Assembly: GCA_946965045.2 (NCBI GenBank)
Contig: OX337235.1
Coordinates: 496,001-560,000, forward strand
DNA: 64,000 nt
Reading direction: 5' to 3'
From: Epithemia pelagica
Lineage: Eukaryota; Protista; Bacillariophyta
How positions within the stretch are numbered: the first letter of the stretch is position 1; each line of letters begins with the position of its first letter. The notes beneath the pieces are model-generated. The model had not been told where the DNA came from. It searched no databases and worked only from the letters and a program-made list of their open reading frames with translations. A program made the translations under genes and the position numbers. Positions 49,535 through 60,021 of the stretch are shown in pieces.

Positions 49535-52040
49535 CGGTATATAAAAAAAGACAAGAAACGAAAGCAAACTATCGCTGGAAATCAAAGACCTACTCAAACA
49601 ACTGAAAGAACATGATCTAGTCGTTATCCCCACGGATAAGACGAACTCCTTCACGATCATGTCGACTGGTGAATACTCAAAGGAAATCAACAAACACCTC
49701 ACGAAGAGCGCTGTCAGGATCGATCGCTCCAGACTCACAGAGATCGTGGACAACTGCTTCTCTTTCATTCAAGAACTGGACCCGTTCATTTCAACAAATG
49801 AGAGGAACTTCTTGAAAGAGAAAATTCAATCCAAGGCCATCCCATACCCGAAAATTCTGGTCAAGGATCACAAGAAGGCAGGACCCGACGGCAACTACCC
49901 AACACGTCTAGTCGTGCCCGCAACAAACTTTACAGCGGGCTTCCCCAAAATCGGCTACCTTGGCATCAAAAACTTGTTCAAGGAAAACAACATTGAGTAC
50001 GGATAACGTAACATTGTCCAAGCCTCAGACCTCAAGGAAAAACTCGAACAACTGCCCTTCGACTTCTCCAACTCAACAATCGTGTCGGTAGACGCTGAAG
50101 CCATGTACCCGTCGATTAAGTTCCAACTTATCTACGACGCGGTCATCTACTACGCGGAAGCGCTACCCCCCGAGACACACCGTACAATCAACCTCTGCCT
50201 CGATTTAATCTACTTCGGCATGACAAACACGTTGATTGCCTTCAAGGATGAGTATTACCTCTACGACGGTGATCTCAAACCCGAGGAGAGGGGTCTCACG
50301 ATTGGTGGATACGAGTCAGCTTGGTTGGCAGATCTAGTGATGTCCTTCCTACTAGAAGCAACCTACGATTCTATCCACGACCCCATGCACTATTTCGGCA
50401 TGTACCGAGATGACGGCCTAGCAGTATTCAAGGGCCAACTCTCAACGAAGCAAATCCAAGACTGGCTCAAAGCCTTTCAAACTGACATTAACGATGTAGC
50501 GGGAAATGAATTTCTCAAATTCACAGCCGTGATTTGGGATCCAACCAACCTCCACGATCCAGCAACAATCGAATCCCCCAGTACGACGATTGCCAAGTCC
50601 GAATCCTTCCCCTTCCTAGACATGGAGATGTTTTGGAACTCCAACTCCAAACTCTCCTTCAAGGTCCACCTGAAAGAAAACCAGCAGTTGAAAGTTGAAA
50701 TACCTTAACAAGGGGAGCGCTCACACCCCCGGGTGCTTCAAAGCAATCCCGAGCGGCGTTTTCAAGCGACTCACGAAACTTACCTCCCTTGACGACGACA
50801 ACACCAACTGCAAGCTTTCCGAACTCTATCCTACCCACTTCGAAGCCCTAAACAATGCCAAACTCATCAAACCCGAACAAATTCCTACTCTGGGCGAGTC
50901 TAAAGAAAAAATGGCAAAAGAAAAGGAAGACACGGCATCACAAGCGCTGAAGAAGAGACGAGAGCGAGACCATAAGAGGGCGATCTACTTCAAGATCGGA
51001 TTCACCGACTTTTGGAGAAAACCAATTCACAAAGTGATAAAGGAGATCAAGTCCAAATTCCCCTCACTTTCGTGGCTACGCATATCTATGTCCTACCATC
51101 GCTTCAATAACATCCGCGAACTTTTTCAAGGGGACTTGAACTCAAAGCTAGCAGACGGCCTCAACTCACTGGACTTCGAAGACCTCGACTGCAACTGCAG
51201 GAACAGAGAGGCATGCCCGTACGGTGGCCGCTGCAGGAGATCGATAGTTGTCTACAGAGCTACCTGCCTCCAAAAAGGTAAACAGTACATTGGAAACACG
51301 CAACAACATGTAAAGAAACTTCTGCAGCAACACGTACAAGACGTCAAAGCTCTTGTACTCCAAAACAAACAATCAGACTCTTTCGCGAGTCACTTTGCGT
51401 GTTTTGTCCCACGAGGCATCGAGAAAAAAGAGATCAAACAACACGTCAAACTCAAAGTTGATATCCTATGGCAGGGCAAACCACTGTCCACAGTCAAGAC
51501 GTTTGGTACACGAAACTGTAAACTCTGCGCGAAAGAGAGGCTAGAGATACTGAAATTCACACGAAAGAACCCGAAATTGGCAATCAACAAGTGCAACGAG
51601 GTTTACGGCGCCTGTCGCCATAAGCCGAGATTTCATCGGTTCAAGAACAACAAAACAACCAGCACTGATGAGTCGGACGACGACGAAAGGGTCCTCCTTT
51701 GCCGCCCGATTTCGACTACCTCGGCAAGCTCAAGGTCCTCGATTTTCTCATGGACAACCTCCTCATCAATCTCCCCCACCGACCTATCAACTGCAAATGA
51801 CGATATGGACCAGGGCACAGACATGAGGAGTGAAAGCATCATTGATGCGATCCCGCCCATGTCTTACCAAGAACGACGTAGACGGGGGCTCCAAGCTAGA
51901 TTTGCATTCAGCACTCCCAAAGACACTCCACCAGTGCTCATTGTGGACGACGGCAAACTAGAGGAGCTCCCTATCGTTGATGCCCTGACCACCGATGTAG
52001 TTGATAACGGCGACCGGGTACGAGTGGATGTAGATTAGTC
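49535..52040 (+). mobile_element. 5'-truncated Penelope-like retroelement (RT plus GIY-YIG endonuclease), disrupted
   Basis: LVVIPTDKTN, SVDAEAMYPSI, GLTIGGYESAWLADLVM, YRDD, FPFLD, SIVVYRATC...YIGNTQQ...QH. In-frame TAA at 50004-50006 and a frameshift from a GTTGAAA duplication near 50695. Confidence 0.92.
51660..51704 (+). ncRNA. Type I hammerhead ribozyme in the PLE 3' region
   Basis: cagca-CTGATGA-GTCG-gacga-CGAC-GAAA-GG-gtcct-CC-TT-tgccg: intact catalytic core, 4-bp stem II, short stem III, stem I GCA/TGC. Confidence 0.78.
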
Positions 52041-54674
52041 CATCCGAAGTGGCTTGCTGGCGCGCGAGCGGGAAGTAGAACACTCCAAAATCTTTGGATA
52101 GAAAAACCTAAACTAGCCTCCACACTCTTTGCTGTTTATCCAATTTGATATAATTTATATGTTCGATCTCGTATTCCTGACGACCTGTGATCAAAAAAGG
52201 GACGAAATTGAAGCACCTACTTTCATCCCGTACCGGTTGATCCTTATATGCCTCCTAGGAGAGCGCGAGGGCCAGGACGCTCTATTGGAGTGTCAAAGGG
52301 ACCAGAGTTGCCGGCACAATGCTGTGGTCGGGCCATTTAGACCCTCATCACCATGGTCAATCAGGGCACCTTTTTCTGAGGTGCTTTGACTTCCGTCGCC
52401 AAATATTTTGTACTTTTCGTATAGTAGTGTAGAGGCGCGCATGTCATTCTATATGATCCCCCATATTATTCTTAGACTTTGATACTCCGAATGAGCCAGC
52501 CGTCCTCCTGTAGGTTTGTACTGGAGTATACGTGAATTTTTAATGCGACTAAAATAACCAAAAACCAATTGGTGCAACAAAGGGTTTACAGAGGGAATAA
52601 CGCAAAAATACAACTGCAGTAGTATTCTTCTTGACTGGGTCTCGAATCGCGTACTATTATAGTGGATGCAGGAGTATGCATCAGTCCAGTCAGTCCCATC
52701 AGGAGTATGTCTTTGTACTTCATAGTGTGCCTCTAGCTTATGGTTGCGAGAGTATGCCATACAACTAGAAGTTGCCCTTTCAGTTGCGCAAACCATGCCA
52801 AAAATACAACTCTGCACTATGAAAGTAAGTGTACTTCATGACTGAAATACAACTTTTCTCACATTTTTCATTTCACGTACACCTTCGGCCCTTGTGGTGG
52901 CAATCCAAAATCCTACAACAGCAACAGCAACAACCATCCACAAGAGTCGTCGTCGTGATCGTATTCGATGGTCTCCGACAAGGCACTGCTCCTGCATTCC
53001 CGCATCTATCAAGTCTTTATGGCGCAACAACAAGACCAACCACCAGACCAGGTGGCAGCCGAAAGAGCAACAAGGGCTCCTCCTCCTGCCCGAAAACCTG
53101 CGACCGTCGAGTGTCGGGAATACAGTTGGTCGGCGTAATGGGCCACCTTCCACCTTGAGCCTTGTCACAAGAAGCACCCATCGCCATGATGACGATGTCG
53201 ACATCACAGCACCATCATCAACAAGACAACAACAACAAGTCGTTGTGCGAACGCAATTGCTCGAGGCCACAAACCAAACGAGCTTCCCGTTCAACCATGT
53301 TCTCTACACGGGACGGTTGAGATAATAACAAGCCAGGCCGCCGTACACACCACACAAAAGTGGTGGTGGTGGACTCTCCATTCAGTCATCCTTATTGGAA
53401 AGGGAGCAACAAACGAAGGAACGAGAGTATTGTTGTTGGTTGTCGTCTCAAGGTAGAATTTAATCTTACGAGCATGTCCATAAAAAAGAATCACCAAAAC
53501 ACTTCCATGTTCGTCCTTAGGGGACACTTTGAATCATTCTGCACTCGGACACTGCCCGTACTACCTAGGTAGGAGTAATAGGTTGGTAGAATAGATCCAA
53601 GAGATCCAAAAAAGTCATACCATCCGCCTCTTTGGTCCATAGAGAATGGTTTTTTCGTCCAATTTCACGGTCGCACTGAAACGGAGGGTATCTAGATACC
53701 TTTCTCCCGGACGATACATTCTGTGGATGGTCGAGGGGCGAGAATTGTGGTCTTCTCTTCTACTCCTATGAATGAACGATGGACGACACCCAGTGTAGTG
53801 AATTTGAGTGAGTGTATGTGCTGCTACTACAAGAGTCTCTTAGTGGACGGATATCGGGTGGAGGAAGGGCTATTTTGGCAAATGTTTGCTGCCATGTTAG
53901 GAGATTCAAACAACGGCTTCTCCTATCCACGAACGTGACGGCTGGATCCTGATGGTACGATAGATTGGTAGAGAGAAGGAGACTATGGCGCCATGTTTGG
54001 GCACCTGGAGAGGCTCATACAGAATCGCCAAGGAGATTTTATTCCGCTCTACATACAGATGTGTTGGAGTAAATTGGAAAAGAAGATAGATAAGGTAGCA
54101 AAGGTATTGTCTTGTGGATGCCCACCTACTATTGCGTATAAAGTATCGTAGGAATGTACCAGAAGCAACGTAGTTTTACTCACCGTTGTATTTTGTTCGG
54201 ATACTACGGGAGTAGTAAAAATATATCCAACGCAGTAGAGCCTATTGTATACGTAAATCTTCCTGGTACATGACGTCACGTTTGGCATCAAGTTTGTCAA
54301 GTATGTCGCAGTATCGTGGCTTCACCACCATGGCATGCCTTCCGTCAATCTGTTATGGTCCGTAACTATCTTCGTTTTCTTATCCCTCGCAGATGTCCGT
54401 TCTATTCTTTCTATTTGATTGTTTGCTCCGAGGGATGAGAAAAACTCCTTGTCCTTCTGGCACAACAAGCGTGATCCTGGCTGAAATGAGGGCCACAAGC
54501 GCAACACAAGAGCGCAACGAGCGCCCCATCCACATAAGGTTTCATTCAACGCGATATAAGAGCGACCTAGTTGGTTCCGAGTCATGCGGCCACGTACGTA
54601 TCATCCCATGACAAAGAATGATGGAACGGATGAAATATTGTAGAAGGATCTCACTCTAGACCAAGGACCCTCTA

Positions 54675-56471
54675 TTGTATTCTATTGTACAGGAAAACAT
54701 CTGTGACGAGAGATGCAAAGTGAGGAGTGCGTACCGTCCGAACGAGAAGCGAGACCCAAATTTGCTTTCTTTGGTTTCGGGGGCGATTGAGATTTCCAAT
54801 CCTACCACCATGGTTCTTCTGATTGGACGTCGACAAAAATTGGTTCTTGGTTGGAATCCTTCCAGAGTCATGATCCTGGGTATGCTGTGGTACTGGACGA
54901 CGACAAACTCCTCGTCGCTAGTAGTGACTGGACTCGTGTCCGTCCATTCCCGAGCAAGACACCATCACCATGTACCAGTGTGGCAGGATAGTGCCTCGTT
55001 CCGTCGATGCCGAAAGGGGGGTGACATGTTGGTTTCGCACATTGCCTTTGTCAAACGTCCATTTTCGCGTACTACGACCTGTGTACAAGCCACGGAAACA
55101 GACCGCACAGATGCCTCGTCCCCGACAACTGGCACATTCCACCAAGATACGATCCGGCCTCAAGACGAGGCTGCGTCTCGTCGTCGTTCCTCTTGCTTGG
55201 CGTGTGGCTTGTTGTTTTCGTCCTTTAGTGACGGTTTGAAACCAACGGTACAAGCTCATGTCGTGTTGCAACAAGGATTGCTCCAATCCTTGTTGCGACA
55301 AGGACAAGTTCAAGTGGAACGCGAGATTGCCCAATCGGCCACACAATCGCCCTGTTGTGGACCCACCAATCTGGACGCAGTGCAACACTTGGAACAATTG
55401 GATCAGGCCATGCAGCAACTCTGGTCATGCTCGACAGTATCGTCCTCCGTGCCACGCGAAACGGCGGAATCCATTTGGAAGGCCCTCCTCAACAAGGACA
55501 TGGGCAATGACGACAGTCACGCTCGGTTGCCATCGATTCGAATCGTGTACATTCCCACAGCCCTGTATGCGCTGCGGCCCGATTCCACCAGTACTCCAGG
55601 CAAACAACGACAACGGGCCCGATACGATGCCAAACAACGACGCCAGGCCTTGGTTCAATTTTTAGAACCACTCGTGACGGACCTTCTTCCTCTGGAATCG
55701 GCGTCGGCACCAGCAACACTCCAATTGGAACTAGTCACGGTGGACCTGAGTGACAATTCCGTCAAACTTCCCCAACAAGTGCCCATTTCTCGCAATCCTT
55801 CCAAGAACGACGACACTCCAGCGGCCTCCTCCAACAACAACAACAAGTTGCCTTCGTGGTGTCCGACATCCGGTCACCACGCCCTGACCGACTGGCATCC
55901 TCATTTGATTTATGTCGAAGGGGGCAATACCTTTTGGTTGTACCATTGTTTGAAAGAACAACAACCCACGTGTTTCGAGGCCTTGCGACAGGCGGTCGAT
56001 GCGACGGGGTCCACGGCTGCCGTCTATTGTGGCAGCAGTGCCGGAGCCATTCTCCTGGGCGCCTCAATGCAAACGGCCTGTTGGAAAGAATGGGATGCCC
56101 CCAGCATTGTCCCGACGCGACCGACCTATGACGATTGGAAGACGGTCGCCGGTCTCGACTTGCTCGTGCCGGCGGGAACCTCCATTTTTCCGCACATGAC
56201 ACCCCAGTGGCACGGCTTGGTGACACGCAAAGTCCAAGAACTACGACGCGAAAACGACTACAACAACGACAAGACGGAACCCATGTCGAATGACGAGCAA
56301 CCCGACATGATTATTCCTACTTCGTCTACGACGGGTGTCATTTGTTTGCGCGACGAGGACGTCTTGTGTGTGGTGGGTGGATTGGAGAATGCCCACGACA
56401 ATGACGACAATGACGGGACTGGACCCCTGCGTCTCTTTTCCGCACCCGACTTGGAGACGGCAGAAGCTTAA
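54675..56471 (+). CDS. Peptidase family S51 (dipeptidase E-like) with N-terminal extension (probable start ATG 54810)
   Basis: IVYIPTA, LIYVEGGNTFWL, YCGSSAGA (Ser nucleophile), GLDL...IFPH. Confidence 0.87.
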   Translation: MYSIVQENICDERCKVRSAYRPNEKRDPNLLSLVSGAIEISNPTTMVLLIGRRQKLVLGWNPSRVMILGMLWYWTTTNSSSLVVTGLVSVHSRARHHHHVPVWQDSASFRRCRKGGDMLVSHIAFVKRPFSRTTTCVQATETDRTDASSPTTGTFHQDTIRPQDEAASRRRSSCLACGLLFSSFSDGLKPTVQAHVVLQQGLLQSLLRQGQVQVEREIAQSATQSPCCGPTNLDAVQHLEQLDQAMQQLWSCSTVSSSVPRETAESIWKALLNKDMGNDDSHARLPSIRIVYIPTALYALRPDSTSTPGKQRQRARYDAKQRRQALVQFLEPLVTDLLPLESASAPATLQLELVTVDLSDNSVKLPQQVPISRNPSKNDDTPAASSNNNNKLPSWCPTSGHHALTDWHPHLIYVEGGNTFWLYHCLKEQQPTCFEALRQAVDATGSTAAVYCGSSAGAILLGASMQTACWKEWDAPSIVPTRPTYDDWKTVAGLDLLVPAGTSIFPHMTPQWHGLVTRKVQELRRENDYNNDKTEPMSNDEQPDMIIPTSSTTGVICLRDEDVLCVVGGLENAHDNDDNDGTGPLRLFSAPDLETAEA

Positions 56472-56773
56472 CCGTGACACGAAACGGACCACACACGCCC
56501 TTGCCTCTCGCATGGCGCATGATGCACCAACAAATAATGAGCTACGGCAGAACACGGCGGTTCGTGGCCCAACGACCACCAATCCCACACCCATATACGC
56601 TTGCTGTGTATGTATGTGTGTGTGGACAATAAGTCTGTCACACACTCCATGGAACGTACGTGTCCGACAGTGTGGCTCCTCCGAACCGCCGAATCCATGA
56701 CTGTAAAAGATATGGAACGACAGCATTGTTCCTCTTTCGTAGTAATAGTATAGGAAGATTCCATTGTAGGAAC

Positions 56774-59161
56774 TCACTGTTTCTTTTTGGTGTCGTCGTC
56801 GGTTGTGGCCGACGGGGGTGTCTGTAGCATGCTGTTTTTGGGGAGCAAATTTTCATGCCAAATTTGAAAAGACCACAAGTATCGTCCATCGGATTTGGTC
56901 TTGGCCAAACATTGAATGGGTTGTCCATTCAAAATACGAGTCATGCCAATATTGGCAAAGCCCAAATCCAAGGAATATGTCGTACAATTCAAGAGCGATT
57001 GATAAAAGTCAAAGGTATACACCGTTTCCGTATCAAAGGTATAGTGGGCGGCACGCTGCGGATGGGACAAGTGCACCTTGCGTTTGGCGGCATTGTTGGA
57101 CAAGGGCGTCGCTGCCTTTTTGCTGCTCGACGAATTCTTGGAATGAGGATTGACGACCAAGAGGGAACAATCTTCTTGCACCTCATCGGTATCGTGTTGT
57201 CCGGCTTGCCAAATATCGGGTTCATTGCCGGGTTCATCGCCACGGACAATTTGCGACGTGGCCGCCAGGGGTGCCAACATTGTCGGATTTGGGCCCGCCA
57301 TGGAAATTTCACAGCCCGGGGCCAATTTGCCAATCAAATTGGTGGCCGCCTTGAGAATCCAGGGATGCGGCAAGTGCTGGAGGGGTTTGACAAATTCGTG
57401 GCCCGTCAAAACGTTGTCGGCCGTCAAGGCTTGTTTGAACCGGCCTTGGACAATCATTTGAAACAAGCGGCGACGACCAGCAAAATACGCCTCATCACCC
57501 GCCACGCTATCGCTCGTGGGCAAATCGCGAATCCGCACCAAACACGTGCCGTGAAACACTTCCGATTCAAAGGAAAAGGGTTGTCCAATGGGACAGGGAC
57601 CCGTGCCATGGTTTGGAACCTTCAATTGCGACGAGACGGGAGTATTGACACAGAGCAAGAGGGGACGATTGGGCCACGTCGAAGGTGGAGGTAAATCATC
57701 TGCTTGTCGTTGTTGAATCTCGGAGGATTGTGCAGTTGTGGTTTTCACTGTTGGGGGTTGTGACTTGGTTGGCTGTGCCGATACTGGTTGTGAGCCTTCT
57801 GGGTTGTCTCTGGGTTTCTCTTCGGTCGTGCTATTGCTGGACGACGACAAGAGCAAGTTGCGAGACGACAGGTACATGTGGGTCATGGAGGATTTTTCCT
57901 CCATACTATTGTCAGTCGTTGTTGTGGTTCCATTGTTTGTTTGGGGCAGAAGCGACAAAAAGGGCGAATGTCGACTCAATCGAGGACGTGCACTGGTACC
58001 ACTACTGCTAGTCGTCGTCGTCGTTGCCATGGTGGTTGTGGAACCGGCATCCTTGTCGGGGACCAACTCATTGTTGTTGGTAGTGGAGGAGTCGCCTTGC
58101 ACAAACACTTGTGGTTCAAAAAATTCGTCGTCGTCATCTTCGTCTTCTTCTTGTGCCACTTGCAAGACACTGTTTTGCAAGGAGGACCAAATGCGCACGA
58201 GCCACGAGGCTTGCAGGGCCACGGCCGACACCAAGACGGTTCCGCCTCCCACCATGGCCGTGACGGTTTTCCAGGATCCTACCGACGACGACAAGACGGC
58301 GGCCGTATAGACCCACAACAAGGTCAACAAGACCGCCATCCAGGCCAAGGCTTGCCACAGCGATCCCAGGGCTTGCGAGAAAATGTCCAATTGCGTTTGG
58401 GTCGCCACGTGACTTTCCGACAGTTGCGAGACGGTCGATTGCAAGCGATGCAATTGCGTTTGTAAGTGCTGCACCAACTCGTGGTCGGCATGCGACAGGG
58501 ACAAGGAGGACGATGACGACGAAGATGCATCTTCGTCCCACATGAGTGCGGCTGTGGTAGTCGTTTCTGCATCGTCCTTTTTGTCCAGCGTCGGTGCTGG
58601 TTCGTCGTCCTCACAATCACGACTATCACCCGCCGACACGAGGGCACGATTGGTCGTGAACTGCGCGTGTGGTTGCACCACGAAGCAAAAGTAGAGTTTT
58701 TTCATGCCTTGTCCAACGCGAAAGGGTTTGTGGGGATCCACGACATGTTGAATAAAGCCCGCTTGCCTCAAGGCATTCAAGGACAAGACGGCCGAGGTTT
58801 CGGCCGATTTGGACAAGGACGACGACAAGGTCTTTTTGGTGGCCTTGGTCGGTTCGGTTGGATTCGTTTGTTGTTGTTGTTGTTGTTCTTCTTCTTCTTC
58901 TTTTTGTTGCGCTTGATATTGCATCATCCATTGAATGGCTTCGGAATGCAAAAAACATTGTCGATAGGTTTTGGTCCGCCATTTGCGATCCTTGATTTCC
59001 ACATTGGCGTGCAACAATTCCGACAAGGAGGCCAATTCGACCTGTCGTTGGTGGCGTTTGGATTTGGGACGATGGCCCGTGGTGGAGGTGGTCCGGACAG
59101 TAGGAGTCGCCGTCGGTTCTCCCTTGTTTGTATTCTTTTTGGTAAGGCTGCGCGACGCCAT
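56774..59161 (-). CDS. DEP domain, coiled coil, two TM segments and DUF1769-like domain protein
   Basis: DEP: IKDRKWRTKTYRQCFLHSEAIQWM...GFIQHV...YFCF. C-terminus: FESEVFHG...YFAGRRRLFQMIVQGRFK...GHEF...YTFDFY...LDLG...GQPIQ...YLWSFQIWHE. Confidence 0.8.
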   Translation of the reverse strand: MASRSLTKKNTNKGEPTATPTVRTTSTTGHRPKSKRHQRQVELASLSELLHANVEIKDRKWRTKTYRQCFLHSEAIQWMMQYQAQQKEEEEEQQQQQQTNPTEPTKATKKTLSSSLSKSAETSAVLSLNALRQAGFIQHVVDPHKPFRVGQGMKKLYFCFVVQPHAQFTTNRALVSAGDSRDCEDDEPAPTLDKKDDAETTTTAALMWDEDASSSSSSSLSLSHADHELVQHLQTQLHRLQSTVSQLSESHVATQTQLDIFSQALGSLWQALAWMAVLLTLLWVYTAAVLSSSVGSWKTVTAMVGGGTVLVSAVALQASWLVRIWSSLQNSVLQVAQEEDEDDDDEFFEPQVFVQGDSSTTNNNELVPDKDAGSTTTMATTTTTSSSGTSARPRLSRHSPFLSLLPQTNNGTTTTTDNSMEEKSSMTHMYLSSRNLLLSSSSNSTTEEKPRDNPEGSQPVSAQPTKSQPPTVKTTTAQSSEIQQRQADDLPPPSTWPNRPLLLCVNTPVSSQLKVPNHGTGPCPIGQPFSFESEVFHGTCLVRIRDLPTSDSVAGDEAYFAGRRRLFQMIVQGRFKQALTADNVLTGHEFVKPLQHLPHPWILKAATNLIGKLAPGCEISMAGPNPTMLAPLAATSQIVRGDEPGNEPDIWQAGQHDTDEVQEDCSLLVVNPHSKNSSSSKKAATPLSNNAAKRKVHLSHPQRAAHYTFDTETVYTFDFYQSLLNCTTYSLDLGFANIGMTRILNGQPIQCLAKTKSDGRYLWSFQIWHENLLPKNSMLQTPPSATTDDDTKKKQ

Positions 59162-60021
59162 GGCCAGGATCGCAACGTTAGGATGAAGGAAGGAATGTTC
59201 CACTGGATTCTCAATTGTTATGAACAAGACGTGAATGAAATATTATAAACTCTCTCTCTTTTATATGAAGGAACACGAAGTCTTTTGTTTGTCTTGTTCA
59301 CAAACGCGACTTCGCGTTGACCTTTGACGAAACAAAAAATAAAAAATTCCAATTGACGCAGCACTTTTCTTTCTCCACGGCTCGACGACGTCATCCTGCG
59401 CGCCGGGTCGGTCGGGCTTAAACGTTCCGAAGTCGGAAGATACCTAGGTCGACTCCCACCGGCACTCCAACCCTTGTGCTACTCCAAGAGGTACTCCTAG
59501 TAGAGTGCGGATCCTGAGGATCCGCAACCTAGAGGTAGTAGGAGTTCGGTATTCTCCAAGTTGGAGTCTATCTTCTCCCAGTGAGTCGACGACACATCAC
59601 CTATCCTAGGTTGTCACTACGAGGGGTACCGACCATGGTCCCTTCACTTTACCAATGTTTGACTCGGTGCCAGCGGTTGTGTTGCTTTTTAGAGAGCATG
59701 GAACGAGAACCGAGCAACACAAATCCTCCATCCCCCGTTGGATGAGACCAAACGAACTTCCAAAACTCACGCCAATGCACGTCACAGACCTTTTGGGAAG
59801 GCTCGTCCAAAAGTAATTTGTGTGGTTGGGGCCACTCCAAGAAACAAAAGTATTATGTCTATACTAGGTACTCCCATTTGACAATTGAGTCGACAACACA
59901 GCAACTATTGTTTGACGCTATACAGACACAAATCCACAACAGTCCAACGTGGATACCATCTCTTGTCCTTACGACAATGCTGCACCTCCAAATTCCAAAC
60001 ACTACACTCATCCAAAAAAGA

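Noticed and set aside
53561-53700. Short perfect palindromes CTACCTAGGTAG and GGTATCTAGATACC
   Set aside because: The region is rich in CTAG/TA motifs and isolated 12-14 bp palindromes have no supporting structure.
52430-54650. Short ORFs between the PLE and the peptidase
   Set aside because: No recognisable domains; overlapping low-complexity ORFs on both strands.
59506-59526. 10-bp inverted repeat TGCGGATCCT-G-AGGATCCGCA between divergent features
   Set aside because: Single short hairpin with no recurrence in the window; function cannot be supported.
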